The notes beneath the pieces are model-generated. The model searched no databases. It was not told the DNA's origin and saw only the letters and a program-made list of their open reading frames with translations. DNA of 62,903 nt, the filler included, from Stramenopiles sp. TOSAG23-3 (Eukaryota): assembly GCA_900128585.1 (NCBI GenBank). It is 9 parts of 9 records of this genome, joined end to end, with 100 filler letters (N's around TTAATTAATTAA, not from the genome) between each part and the next. Parts side by side here need not be neighbours in the genome. Positions count along the whole stretch, not along the records: positions 1 to 8,464 come from LT643016.1; positions 8,565 to 17,021 come from LT643017.1; 7 more parts are not named here. One strand, given 5' to 3'. Shown one piece after another: positions 1 to 11,002 of this stretch. The position numbers were made by a program, and so were the translations under genes. Position 1 is the first letter of the stretch. Each line of letters starts with the position of its first letter.

Positions 1-1598
1 CATTTCTGTTTTCGTTTTGCCTTTGCGCACATTATGGTAAACTCTCCGAAATCTATTTCCGAGTCCTTGTTGACGTCCATCACACGTAGCATTTCGACAA
101 TTTGAACCTGGTCCGCTTCACTAGCTTCCCCGTTTTCGTTGAAGGCAGCAAACACACCAACAATTTCGTTCTTATCAATGGCCCCGTTTCCATTTGTATC
201 AATAGTTTGGAACGCTGTCTGAAGTTGCACTAATTCCTGGGGGGAAAACGCGGAGCGTGCCGATAGGTTTTCTTGCAAATTAGCCTTTGTTACTATCGTT
301 GGTTGACCGTTTAGTCGCTGCGGTTTCGGCGGGTTTTCGTTAAAGAATTTGGCGAACTCTTCAGAAACTATTCGCCCGTCACCATCGATGTCAAGGGCAT
401 CAATAACTTGCGTTAATTCCTCCTCAGTCATATTCGAGGTCGGCAGTAACTTTTTCATTTGGGTAGCCAATTCTTGTCTGTCCAGAACGCCGTTGTGGTC
501 TTTATCCCATTCTTTGAACAACCGTGGCAAATTTTTACCGCCTTGATAATATGCAGCCGCCCTAATCTTTTTCCTTATAAAGAAAATGTCAGTGTCAGTC
601 AACACCCCGTCTTTTGTCCACCCTTTATTGCTGTCTTTTGCCAATCCATCGAACCGCTTCAATTTGCTATCGTCTACATCGCTCCCACGCATGCCCTTCG
701 TGTACGTTTCACCTGAAGCAGCCAAAGCAACGTTCCTCGATTTTTTCTTTGTAATCCGACCTATATTTTGTTTTACAAATGCGACAAATTCTGCAATACC
801 TATACTTTCGTCACCATCATAATCCAAATAATTAAAAAATTGATCATACTCCTCTTCAGAAAGGTCTGGCCCCAAGGAAAATATTAGATCGTGCATTTCG
901 TCAAAGTCTAACTCACCATCGTTGTCCTTGTCCCATCGCTTGAACACAATTTCTGGTTTAAATCCACCAGGAACATAGGACGCTTTTCTGAGAACAAGCC
1001 TGAGTTGATTTAATTCTTTCTCATCCAACACCATGTCTGCGTTGAAGGTGTTGTTTGAAAAAGATTTTGCAGCCTTAAAAATAGATTCAACGATCACAGC
1101 AGATGCACGACTGTCCGCATCACTGCCATCGCATTTTGGTTTGTTTTCTGCGCATATACTAATAAATTGCTGTAAAGTAACTTCCTTCTCTTTCCCGCCC
1201 AAGAGCCCTTTTACCTGATCTTCAGTAACCTTGCATTCTGCTATCACGAGCATTTTTGTTATTTCACCTGTATCTAGAGTGCCCGATTTATCTTCATCTA
1301 TTACTTCGAACAGGCCCGTTAAACCGGCTAATTCCTCTGGTGTGAACGCAAGGCGATGTTTAATAAGGTCTTCATTACTGTACAATTGGCCATCCTCTGC
1401 TCCCTTTTCCGTCCCTTTCTCCTCACTGTTTTCTTCTTTCTGCTCTTTTTGTTCATCGTCCACGCCGCCAGTAGTTTCACTCCCATCTACGCCAGCTCCC
1501 TCTGCACTTGCAGTTTTTTCGCCGTTTTCCAGGTTCTCCCCCACACTTGGAGTCTCCGCAGCGGGCGCGGTCTCCGCTTCGGTTGGGCTTTCTGCCAT
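1..1598 (-). CDS. Multi-EF-hand calcium-binding protein (3' truncated at window edge)
   Basis: Not in the ORF track because it has no stop in the window. ATG at 1598 (MAESPTEAETAPAAE...). At least 7 EF-loops: DEDKSGTLDTGE, DKDNDGELDFDE, DYDGDESIGIAE, DKDHNGVLDRQE, DIDGDGRIVSEE, DTNGNGAIDKNE, DVNKDSEIDFGE. Confidence 0.9.
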   Translation of the reverse strand, partial: MAESPTEAETAPAAETPSVGENLENGEKTASAEGAGVDGSETTGGVDDEQKEQKEENSEEKGTEKGAEDGQLYSNEDLIKHRLAFTPEELAGLTGLFEVIDEDKSGTLDTGEITKMLVIAECKVTEDQVKGLLGGKEKEVTLQQFISICAENKPKCDGSDADSRASAVIVESIFKAAKSFSNNTFNADMVLDEKELNQLRLVLRKASYVPGGFKPEIVFKRWDKDNDGELDFDEMHDLIFSLGPDLSEEEYDQFFNYLDYDGDESIGIAEFVAFVKQNIGRITKKKSRNVALAASGETYTKGMRGSDVDDSKLKRFDGLAKDSNKGWTKDGVLTDTDIFFIRKKIRAAAYYQGGKNLPRLFKEWDKDHNGVLDRQELATQMKKLLPTSNMTEEELTQVIDALDIDGDGRIVSEEFAKFFNENPPKPQRLNGQPTIVTKANLQENLSARSAFSPQELVQLQTAFQTIDTNGNGAIDKNEIVGVFAAFNENGEASEADQVQIVEMLRVMDVNKDSEIDFGEFTIMCAKAKRKQK

Positions 1599-2600
1599 GT
1601 CCGCAAGCTAAAGAAGTAAAAATTCAATTATAGAAAATGGACTCTGAAAACTCAAGAGGTGAAAGAACTAATTGTTTGCTTCTAATGAATACCGCAAAGG
1701 TCCCCGAACGATCAATGTGAAACAGTAACAATAAATGAGTGCAGAGGAAAGTATTCTTCCTCACGATGAAATTGTTGCCATTACCCCCCCCCCCCTAGAG
1801 ACTTTAGGGGAAGAAGTTATAATAATAGCGGTGGCCCCCCCCCCCCCCCCCTGCAATAAAAATATCATCATGTTATATAGAATAGCAGGAAGAACTATGC
1901 CACAACAACAACAAACAACCCAAAAAAAAAATAGCAAAAAAAAATATTATCGTAGAATGAAAAATGGCGCAAGTTGGACGACAACGTAATATTAAGGTTT
2001 GAAACAGAATTAATTTTTACAAAGTAAATATTTAATATTATTATTAAATTATATTAAAATGAAAAATATATACACACAAATATAAATACCTTAAATAAAT
2101 ATTCTTGCAATTCGTTTCACGTTTACAAACGGTCAACTATTATTATCCTATACGAATTACAGGACAGCACTTTGCATTGGGCAGTGTACTACGAGTATGT
2201 AATATTGCCGATGCCAATGCTATAGCCTGTAGTTTTAATAATGACAAAGAAGAATTATGAACTTGCTTCAAAAGCTCTTTTTTTGAGAAGAAGAAGAAGA
2301 CCGTTTTTATTTATTCTATTCCCCAATAAAATAATAATATTAATTAATAATACGAGGATGATACGACGACTATTATCATCATATCGCTCACCCATCATCT
2401 CCTCCTCTCCATGCAACAAGTGAGCTCGGTTGTTATTTTATCATTATTCGTCCTGGGTTAAAATATACAGTTTACACATTAATAAAGAATAGCCCCTCAG
2501 CGACACAAATTTAAGAAATGTGTATGGACCTTCCTTAACATTTCATTTAGATATAGTACTATGGTCGCTTATTTGTAACGCAACAAACAATCCTGTTGAA

Positions 2601-3650
2601 ATGGAATTGGCACCAGGCTCTGACCCTTCTCTGGGCCTCGTCGTTGCCACGGGGGACCTTCGACAAGAAGCCCAGAAGGACTCCCTTCTTTACGCACATA
2701 TTCGAAACTTAGAAGTTTTGAAATCGCTTGCTTCCTCTTTGCTAAATGATTCAGACATAAAAAATTCCAACAATGAGGCAGAAAGCTCTACTAACAATAG
2801 CAGGAGTGGGCTGACCTGGTTGCACGATTCCAGGAACAAGGCAGTTTCGCTACACCAAGCGGAGTGCAAGAAAAATGAGGAGTTACAGAAAAAATTAAAA
2901 TTTATGGAAGCAACAGGAGTGAAGCAGGCTAATGTAATCGCAGAAATCCGAAAAGAAAACTGTTCATTGAAAAGCAGTGTAGCTAAATTGGAGCGGGAAA
3001 ACATTGACATACGAACAGAATTAAAAAAAACTGAAGGAAACTTAGTTTCCCAGGTTACCGGCTTGAACGATCTTGTAACAAATTTGAAGAAAAAAAACAC
3101 AAACTGTGTTCTGCAAGCAGAAAACAAAGCATTAAAAGAACAGGCCATTACTGTAGAGGCATGCAGAATGGGTTATGAAAGTCGAGTAAAAAGGATGAAA
3201 GAGGAATATAATTCTTTGGAAGCAGAGCTACAGGAAGCTCAAGGCATAAACAATCAATTAATTGCGGATGTTGCCAGCACTACCCTGCCAGTTGTAGAGG
3301 CCTTGAGGGCCGAACTGGAAGCAGAGAAGAAAAAGAACTTGGAAAAGTCGAAGCGGAGCTGTACTTTAAAGGAGAATTTGAAGAAATTATTTGCTAAAAA
3401 TCGCATGTTAGAGAAACGAATCCAGAAGCTTTTGATGAAGAAGAAATCTTCCGTAATTGTGGAGAACACTTTCGCAAACCCAACGAGTGCGCTGAGTGAC
3501 AACAGCAGTGAAAACATGCAGTTTAGGGCTTTAAAATTAGAACAAGTGAGACTCGCTTCGGCGCTTGGAAAATCAAAAACTCGTGAGTCTAGATACTTGA
3601 AAGGAGGTCGACGAATTGTATACAAGAACCCATTGGATATATGTCTATAG
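2601..3650 (+). CDS. Coiled-coil protein of unknown function
   Basis: Long open frame, E/K/L heptad-rich. Likely ATG at 2601 (MELAPGSDPS). The 3' end could be spliced. Confidence 0.7.
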   Translation: MELAPGSDPSLGLVVATGDLRQEAQKDSLLYAHIRNLEVLKSLASSLLNDSDIKNSNNEAESSTNNSRSGLTWLHDSRNKAVSLHQAECKKNEELQKKLKFMEATGVKQANVIAEIRKENCSLKSSVAKLERENIDIRTELKKTEGNLVSQVTGLNDLVTNLKKKNTNCVLQAENKALKEQAITVEACRMGYESRVKRMKEEYNSLEAELQEAQGINNQLIADVASTTLPVVEALRAELEAEKKKNLEKSKRSCTLKENLKKLFAKNRMLEKRIQKLLMKKKSSVIVENTFANPTSALSDNSSENMQFRALKLEQVRLASALGKSKTRESRYLKGGRRIVYKNPLDICL

Positions 3651-3967
3651 TCGTCTAATATAAAGTTAAAGTACAGGAGGCAGACGACTCCCACATTAAA
3701 TATGATGATTGTTGTATTCTAAATTAGAAAAACTACGATTTACATAGGAGGTTCAACATGTAAATCATTTTAGCGGTTCGACTGACCCTTTCTTCTTCTT
3801 CTGTCTTCTGCATGATTTCAAATTGTTTTCTCCTCGTTTTCTTTTCTTCAATTTCCCAACTCGTCTTTCTTGACATAGAATTCTTCTGTGTCAAAAGAAT
3901 ATTCGGCTTTTAACCTCCCGTGAGCAATTTCGATAAATTCGAGGGGCAGCCTCCGCTCGGAACAGAA

Positions 3968-6359
3968 ATGTCGGACTTGGTGGTATCGACGTCCCTTCGG
4001 GATGCCAAGTTGGACAGGGATAGAGAGATTATTAACTTGGCGAAAAAATTGAATCAGTTAAGAAATTTGGCAGAGCTTACCGAACGAAAAGCGGAAGCGT
4101 TAAATGATGAAGGGGAAAAACTGGACGAATACATACTCTCTGTAAAAAACGATAGGCAAGTGGCAACACAATTGATAGACAATTTGAAAGAGCCATACGA
4201 GGCCATTACCTCAATCGTGAAAGATATGGCAAAAGAGATCGGTCAGTTGTCCCGGAGTAAAATGAATGAGTTGCGAAGGATGACCAAACCACCCAACCTT
4301 ATAAAAAAGACCGTTGAGTTGGTTTGTCACTTGGTAAAAATAGAAAGCCCAAATGGTGCGAAATATTTCAACAACGAAACGTTGCCGAAACTGGATTGGG
4401 ATAGGGACTGCTTGCCGATGCTGAGTTCGAAGAATTTCTTGGGTGATATTTCAACGTATAGGCCATCAAAACTTTCTTCTGTAGAAAAATTGATCAATTT
4501 GCTAAAAACCCAATATCTTTCACAAGAAGAAATTGAAAAAATGAATTTAATGACAGAAAGAAAGGAAGAGAACAGTGGAACAAGCGCAAAAAGGTCTACT
4601 TTGGCAGACTCGTCGGCACCGGCAAGGAAGAAGACAACAGAAGAGAACGGTGGATTAAAATTGCCTTCCATTTCGACAATAAAAAGAACCAACGAAACAA
4701 ATGTAAAGACTCTTCTCTCCTCAATAGCAATTACAAACACGCAACAAAGAAAGAATGAACACATCAGCCTTACACCTGCAAATCTGTCGGTATCAAAAGT
4801 TAGCTACTCGTCCAAAACAACAGGGTCTTTGCTAAAATGGTGCATTGGGCAATTGAGATATAGTGAAGTATTGGGCGTACATGACGAATCGGTATTGCAA
4901 AAAGTTGAGGACGCAAAAGCAAATGTTGAACGGGCCATCGTTGCGATTGAGGAGCGCAGCATAAAACAAAAGAGTATTAAGGAAGAAGTAGAAGAATTGG
5001 ACGAAAAGGCCGGCACTATCAACCATGAAATTGAAATTATATTGAAAATGTTGGAAAAATTCAACAAAGAAAAGCTAAATGAAGAAAGGGCGATTGTTGA
5101 AAAATGCGAAGAAGAGAAGGCATCAAGGAGAAGGAAAGAAATAGAGAAGACTGTTTCAAAAACAAAATCTGTTCCAACGCCACCCAAGCCTCCCATTACC
5201 CCGTCAGTCTCGAACACATTTTCTTTTTCTTCCCCTGCAATAGAGCACCCGACAGTGCTCGTGCCTTTGGTTGGTTCAGTTAGTATAAGCAAAATACCGG
5301 TAACTGTAACACAACAGTTAGCGTTTGAAGAAGGCTCCACAAAATTAACGACAGTCGCTTTAAAATCTTTGGACGGGGTACTAAATGTCATGAATGAATG
5401 CGAATCGAAAATCTGTATAGAAAGTAAGCAAACAGCAAGCGAAAGTGCGGGGGTAAGCGAAGCTCGAGCAAGTGCTGTTAGACAGTACCTTACTTCAAAC
5501 GGTATTAACCCAGCACGCTTAAGAACAAATGCTTTTATAGAAAACAGTGCGCGTTTTGCAAGACAAGATGCGAGGGGAAACGTCGTGAAAAAACTCAGCA
5601 AACAAGTAAGTTTTTACATTATTCAAGAGTTGCGATTAGGTAAGTTTAAAGATTTTAGCCCACACGTGTAACACTCAAATCTCATTAAAGAGACCCCAAC
5701 CCCTAACAACCCCTTTACGCAATACAATAGCTGGGACGATCGAATTTTCTCAAATGAGCTCAGATTTAAAGTCATCATCACATGCTTTGCTAGATGATGT
5801 TGTTGCAATTTTAAAAAGCAACCCATTCATGTTTTTGAAAATTGAAGGGCATACAGATAATAGGCCGTCATGGGGACAAACGAATTTGGAATTAAGCGAT
5901 AATCGTGCGTGTGCTGTTGAAAAATACATCGTTAATGTAGGTGAGATCGAGAAAAACAGATTGCAAGCCCAAGGATGTGGCGAACGATTGCCGTTAAATT
6001 CTAATAAAACGTCAAGTGGGAGACAAGCAAATAGGCGAGTAGAATTTCATTTAGAAGATCGCAAGGCACAGTCGAGCATGAGAGATTTAGTCCGGAACCG
6101 CGAAAATAGTATTAGCAGCGATGAAAATGCAGTAAAATCACTCCTTGCAATCGCAAGTGGGAAATTTGGCGGAATGGGGTTTAGAGTAAGGCAATGCGCT
6201 GCAGATGTTTTAATAAGCAGCGGTGTTGACTGGGAAACACTGCGTTTTTTATACATTGCCTCGTTGAAAAAGGAAGACACAACAAAATGTTTTCTTGGCA
6301 ATTTAAGCACGGATGTTATACGAATTATCGCGCGATGGTATTTTCGAATTTGTAAATAA
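3968..6359 (+). CDS. Dynein microtubule-binding stalk-like domain + two OmpA C-like domains; two exons (3968-5639, 5731-6359)
   Basis: Stalk-like motifs LSRSKMNELRRMTKPPNLIKKTVELVCHL and VSYSSKTTGSLLKWCIGQLRYSEV flanked by coiled coil. Degenerate OmpA (VSEARASAVRQYLTSNGINPARL). Canonical OmpA (KIEGHTD...NLELSDNRACAV...GCGERLP...GRQANRRVEF). An intron joins the two ORFs in frame. Confidence 0.85.
5640..5730 (+). other. Spliceosomal GT-AG intron, 91 nt
   Basis: G|GTAAGT donor at 5640, CCCTAAC branch point at 5701-5707, TAG acceptor at 5728-5730. Removal gives ...ELRL-A-GTIEFSQMSSDL, in frame with the ORF at 5754. Confidence 0.9.
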
Positions 6360-6472
6360 ACATTTCAATACTTTCTAATTAAGAAATCTTAAGAATTCTT
6401 CGGAGAGAGGTGTGTACACAATTTATTGCCGTTAAATTTTATTTTGTTATCTTCACATCATGATTTTTCTTC

Positions 6473-8464
6473 TTATTTTAATGAGGATGCAAGCTTCATG
6501 TTTAAAAGAAAATTGGGGTCAATGTGATAAATTTCTGGTCGTTGTTGCTGAATTGTCCTTAAGTATAAAAGTATACCTTCCAAAGGCAATTGCAAAAGAT
6601 CTTCTTCTAGTAACGACAACAGCGCAATCACACAATTTAGAAGACTGTCCCAACCTTGTATAAAAAAAATATCCCAGAGCCGAGCGACAGTGCTTGGTGG
6701 AATCAGGTCGAACTCAGTAAACATGGTTCTAAACCATCTCGTGTAAATGTCCGCAAAATCAACCGACTCATTCTCAAAATGTTTTTTCAAAGCGGGCAAC
6801 TGAGACTCCAACAAACCGTTAAACTTAGTGTACAGAATTTGGGGATTGATTTGACTCGCACTATTTGACATCGAGCTAGGTAGTCCAGGGGCGTAAAGGC
6901 ATTCCAACCCGAAGTGGCGAAATATTACCACAAGCATCCAAAATGCGCGTTGCTCGACCTCACTTGTGGAAGTATGCACGTTCCGTAGCCACCAAAGAAT
7001 GAAGCCAACGAGTTGGGACATACCGTTGCAATAACCCAAGTCAGGATCAAACGTGGCGTACGCATATAAAACGTTACGCAAGCGCGATTTGAAGTCTGCC
7101 TTCTGACCAGATCCGTTCAAATCCTCGTCTTCCGCACCGATTGAGTACGAGGATACAAGCAACGCCTCGATGTGTTGAACATCAAAATTGATCTCATCTG
7201 CCCATTTCATATCCTTTGCATTGTGTGCACGATCTAAGACATCATAGTAAAATTGATTGTCTGTGTTGTGTACCAGCGTTTCCACACCACCACAATGAAG
7301 CCAAAACCTTCCTCGCAGGGCAGTTGGCAGGGATTTTAATCGTATGCTTTGGTGCCACAGTTGTTTTTCTTCCCTGATCACTTTCTTTAAATCCCGGCAT
7401 ACTCGCGACAAGAAGTTGAATTCATAAGCCTCTAGCAGAGGAAGTATTGTTGTCCTGACATTTTTTATTCGAAAAACAACAGCAACCTTTTTACCCGCCC
7501 GGCTCGTGCCTATTGTACCATTTTGAAAGCGCGAGTCATTGCTTCCGACAGTTCTGGCATATTCCTGCACGAATCCCACGCTATTTTCCATTTTATTAGT
7601 GCTCTGCAGGCTATCAATCCCTAAAGGACTACTAAAATCAACCCCACCATCTCCATTATTAGTGGCAGCCGGCGAAGGAGGAACAGCAGTCCGGGACATC
7701 ATCCGATTCGATGGCATCGACATTTGATGTTGTAACTGTTGCAATAGTTTAGTTTGCTCTTCTAACTTTTTACGGCGCACTTCAGCAACGCTTAGGAGAA
7801 CTATGTGATCCACGATAATGTTGATAAAGCTTATGACTTGCCGGAAGCTTTGTGCTGGGGTTATTGAAGCTTCCGAGACGGCTGGAACAATGTGGCGATG
7901 ATGGTAAATTGACCGCAACGTTGCTGAAACGCGATGGGCCTTTTCACTAACGTCAACCAGAAACGTTTCAGTGCGGGCAGGACCGTAATTTTCAGTCGAC
8001 AATTTGCTTGGAAACGAGTGGTATTTCACCCGTTCATCACTTTCAAGCCCTAGCGTGTTTGGGGCGGGAACAACATAAGTGTCTTTAATGGCATGACTCC
8101 TGTCATTCAACAAAGGAGTGCTTTGAAGCGTGGAAGATCGTAGCGAAAATGACTTTTTATGGGCCTTGTCAATAATGGATTCGTCAAAAAACACAACTTC
8201 CGACGACTCCGATGTGGGGTCGGAACGATCGGTAACAAATTTCGCGAACAGCTGGGTGTCCACAACTTGACCTAAAAATTCTCGATTTGTCTTGTTTTCA
8301 TTCAAAAAGCTGACTTTGTCAAAATTCAAATTACTGAAAGGTGAAGAAATAGTATCACTACCCGTGCTCAAAAATTTCTTGTAATTAGCAAATAGGGAGA
8401 CGAAAAACCTTAGGAAAGCGTCTCGTATTGGCACATCAGTAAAGCCTAGCGATTCATCAAGCGA
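6473..8464 (-). CDS. DENN (dDENN) + TBC/RabGAP-like domain protein, 5' truncated by gap
   Basis: dDENN-like IRDAFLRFFVSLFANYKKFL...FDKVSFL...FLGQVVDTQLFAKFVTDR. TBC-like LRGRFWL...EINFDVQH...LRNVLYAYATFDPDLGYCNGM...AFWML...RWFRTMF...VARLWDIFF. Confidence 0.85.
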   Translation of the reverse strand, partial: SLDESLGFTDVPIRDAFLRFFVSLFANYKKFLSTGSDTISSPFSNLNFDKVSFLNENKTNREFLGQVVDTQLFAKFVTDRSDPTSESSEVVFFDESIIDKAHKKSFSLRSSTLQSTPLLNDRSHAIKDTYVVPAPNTLGLESDERVKYHSFPSKLSTENYGPARTETFLVDVSEKAHRVSATLRSIYHHRHIVPAVSEASITPAQSFRQVISFINIIVDHIVLLSVAEVRRKKLEEQTKLLQQLQHQMSMPSNRMMSRTAVPPSPAATNNGDGGVDFSSPLGIDSLQSTNKMENSVGFVQEYARTVGSNDSRFQNGTIGTSRAGKKVAVVFRIKNVRTTILPLLEAYEFNFLSRVCRDLKKVIREEKQLWHQSIRLKSLPTALRGRFWLHCGGVETLVHNTDNQFYYDVLDRAHNAKDMKWADEINFDVQHIEALLVSSYSIGAEDEDLNGSGQKADFKSRLRNVLYAYATFDPDLGYCNGMSQLVGFILWWLRNVHTSTSEVEQRAFWMLVVIFRHFGLECLYAPGLPSSMSNSASQINPQILYTKFNGLLESQLPALKKHFENESVDFADIYTRWFRTMFTEFDLIPPSTVARLWDIFFIQGWDSLLNCVIALLSLLEEDLLQLPLEGILLYLRTIQQQRPEIYHIDPNFLLNMKLASSLK

Positions 8465-8564
8465 NNNNNNNNNNNNNNNNNNNNNNNNNNNNNNNNNNNN
8501 NNNNNNNNTTAATTAATTAANNNNNNNNNNNNNNNNNNNNNNNNNNNNNNNNNNNNNNNNNNNN
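8465..8564. other. Artificial contig linker (N44-TTAATTAATTAA-N44); same linker at 17022-17121, 25574-25673, 34113-34212, 42639-42738, 51146-51245, 59648-59747, 61276-61375
   Basis: Eight 100-nt N spacers, each containing a six-frame stop cassette. Confidence 0.99.
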
Positions 8565-9559
8565 AGTGCTGAGGTGAGGGTCAGCTAGTCCGTGGATAGT
8601 AAGGTCCTAATATATAAAATAAAAAGAAGAAGATTTAGAAGTAAGAAGGGACGAAGAAGAAGATTTAGAAGGAAGGGCGGAAGGGAAGGAAGGGAAGGAG
8701 GAGATCAAAAAGAAGAGCTGTAATACATATATAAATGGACTGAATCAATTGATATATGAAAATAACATCACAGAGCAAAATATACATATAAATAACGAAG
8801 AAGGAACAGAGAAGAAAAGAGATAAATACTTCCTGGTACTATAGCTATATATTTGTATAAATAGGAATATATTATATACTAATAATAACAACAAGTACAT
8901 TATATATACCAAACTTTAAATACAATAAAATGGATAATGCTGTTTACTACAACAAAATTAAAATTATTTTCCTATTATATGTAATAATACGTCAACCGTT
9001 ATTATAATTAATACAATTCTTTTTCTTTCTAATTATTTTTTTCACGCTCGTTCTTCTTTCTTCTTTTACGTAATACGTTATTTTTTCGAACATCTATCTT
9101 CTTCTACTTTTTTTTGCTTCTTCTTTAAAAAAAAGAAAAGATGTAATGCCTTTCTATTTCCATGTATTATTATTATAACAATTAAAGTTGTTTTTTTCAA
9201 CTACAAAACTGTAAGTAAAATTTTTTTAAAAAATAAACAAGAAGAAGAAGTAAGAAGAAAAAAAAAAAAAAAGAAGAAATTTAATTTCGAATTATTACTA
9301 CCACTGTATTATACTGTACCTGTATTATTTTTTTATTATAATAAACAAATTAGTATTAGCTTTACAACGCAAACACCAAATCACCCCCTGTGTTTCGCAG
9401 GACAAGAGAGGAGTGCATGATGTTCGCACACATTAAATGACACACACGGTAAATAGAATCAAATAAACTGTTTGTAAAATTGACGACGCGAAAGTAGACG
9501 GGTTTGTCAAGTCCACTGTCGAAGCAATTTCTGTTGTGTTGCATAACCGGTTTGAAAAC

Positions 9560-10702
9560 ATGGGAATTATCGATCGCTCAACCATTGACAAGGCCAGGTC
9601 GACCGGTATTCTGTATTTGTCCCATCGCAGCTTGTCCGCCATACCCGACGAGGTGTTTACGTTGACGAATTTAGTTCGGCTCGATTTAGGATGGAATAAT
9701 TTAAAGGAAATTTCTCCCCGCATAGGAGAGCTTGCAAAGTTAGAAGAATTGTGGTTGAACCAAAACCCACTTACAAGTTTACCGGTTGAGCTGGAGTCCT
9801 GTGTAAAGTTGAAAATATTGGACCTCCGCAGTACTCAGCTGCGACGGTTACCTAACGAAATAGGCAGGTTGAACTACTTGCACGAGATCGATTTGCGCGA
9901 TACTTTGCTAAAGCACAAGCAGATGGGTGTGTTTGCCGATGGTGGCACATACAAATTATTGGCGCATTTAAAAAATAGGGACCAGAGGAAGCAGCTGAAG
10001 ATGAAAATGTGCAACCGTATGCGGGAAGGCATTTACCGAGGCGTGTGGGATTCTACTGGTGGTCCAGATACTGTCACCACATTGGTGAAGGATGTCATCC
10101 GCACTTTTGAGTCCTTGGAAGAAATTGGCAGCCTTATTCGCAATTTAGAGCGTCTTTTTCCAGAAGACATCGACACGGTAGACATTGAAAGCATAAGAGA
10201 TTACTTCTTCACCCTTCGTCGTGAAAATGAAATGAAGAAGCTTGCAGCTGAGTTGGAATTGAAAATTCGTGTTATATATTTTGATCGCATTAAAGTAGAA
10301 CTGGTCGAGGACATGGTTCACGACATCTATAACGAAGTTCATAATCTTGAAGACATAAAATTCCTGATTCGTTACGCCCCTCGCCTATTTCCCCCAACAG
10401 CGGGGGAAGTAACGGGCGAAGGGATCGCGTTTGCTGTGTTGAGTTTGCAGGAGGCCATGGCAAAAGAACGCCAAGACGCCATCGATGGTTTGGTTACCGC
10501 GTTGAAAGGTTTCTATGGCCATGTGGACCCCCCCTTAATAATCAAGCTTACAGAAGCAACTGCGGTATATTTCAAGAAAGTAGTCGACTTGAAAAAGATA
10601 GCAGCCGATGTAACGATATTTTTTCCGCAAGAATTTGAAAATGCAAATGCCAAACAAATCCGGCGCGAATTTATAAAAGTGGCCAAAGAGGCGGAAGAAT
10701 AA
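9560..10702 (+). CDS. Leucine-rich repeat protein with helical C-terminal repeats
   Basis: LxxLxLxxNxL repeats (LTNLVRLDLGWNNLKEI, LAKLEELWLNQNPLTSLP, LKILDLRSTQLRRLP). ATG at 9560. Confidence 0.9.
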   Translation: MGIIDRSTIDKARSTGILYLSHRSLSAIPDEVFTLTNLVRLDLGWNNLKEISPRIGELAKLEELWLNQNPLTSLPVELESCVKLKILDLRSTQLRRLPNEIGRLNYLHEIDLRDTLLKHKQMGVFADGGTYKLLAHLKNRDQRKQLKMKMCNRMREGIYRGVWDSTGGPDTVTTLVKDVIRTFESLEEIGSLIRNLERLFPEDIDTVDIESIRDYFFTLRRENEMKKLAAELELKIRVIYFDRIKVELVEDMVHDIYNEVHNLEDIKFLIRYAPRLFPPTAGEVTGEGIAFAVLSLQEAMAKERQDAIDGLVTALKGFYGHVDPPLIIKLTEATAVYFKKVVDLKKIAADVTIFFPQEFENANAKQIRREFIKVAKEAEE

Positions 10703-11002
10703 TCAAGAGAAGAAGTCAAAAAAACAAATTATATTAGTATGCTTAAAGACTCTCATTTAAGAAGTCAATACCTCAAACAGGATTTAGTATCGGAAAGAAG
10801 AAAGAAAAAACCTGACCGGAGTTCTTATATCTACATTAAAAACAAAAATTAGGCAGCTGTTATTTTTAATGTATCAATATCATTTTACAATATAAAAAGT
10901 AAATGTTCCCAATTTTAATTTTTGGATTTTTAAGAGAATTAAGTGGTCTCTCATTGGTCTTAACGTACTTTAATGGCTTAACGTAAATTATGGGGTTTAT
11001 TT

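Noticed and set aside
1784-1851. Poly-C tracts and the ORF 1735-1989
   Set aside because: Low-complexity promoter-region DNA. The ORF's poly-Pro and poly-Lys come from homopolymers.
5754-6359. OmpA ORF as bacterial contamination
   Set aside because: It is joined by a spliceosomal intron to a dynein-like exon and lies between eukaryotic genes.
8509-8520. TTAATTAATTAA recurring about every 8.5 kb as a possible biological repeat
   Set aside because: It is always centred in N runs. It is a synthetic six-frame stop linker.
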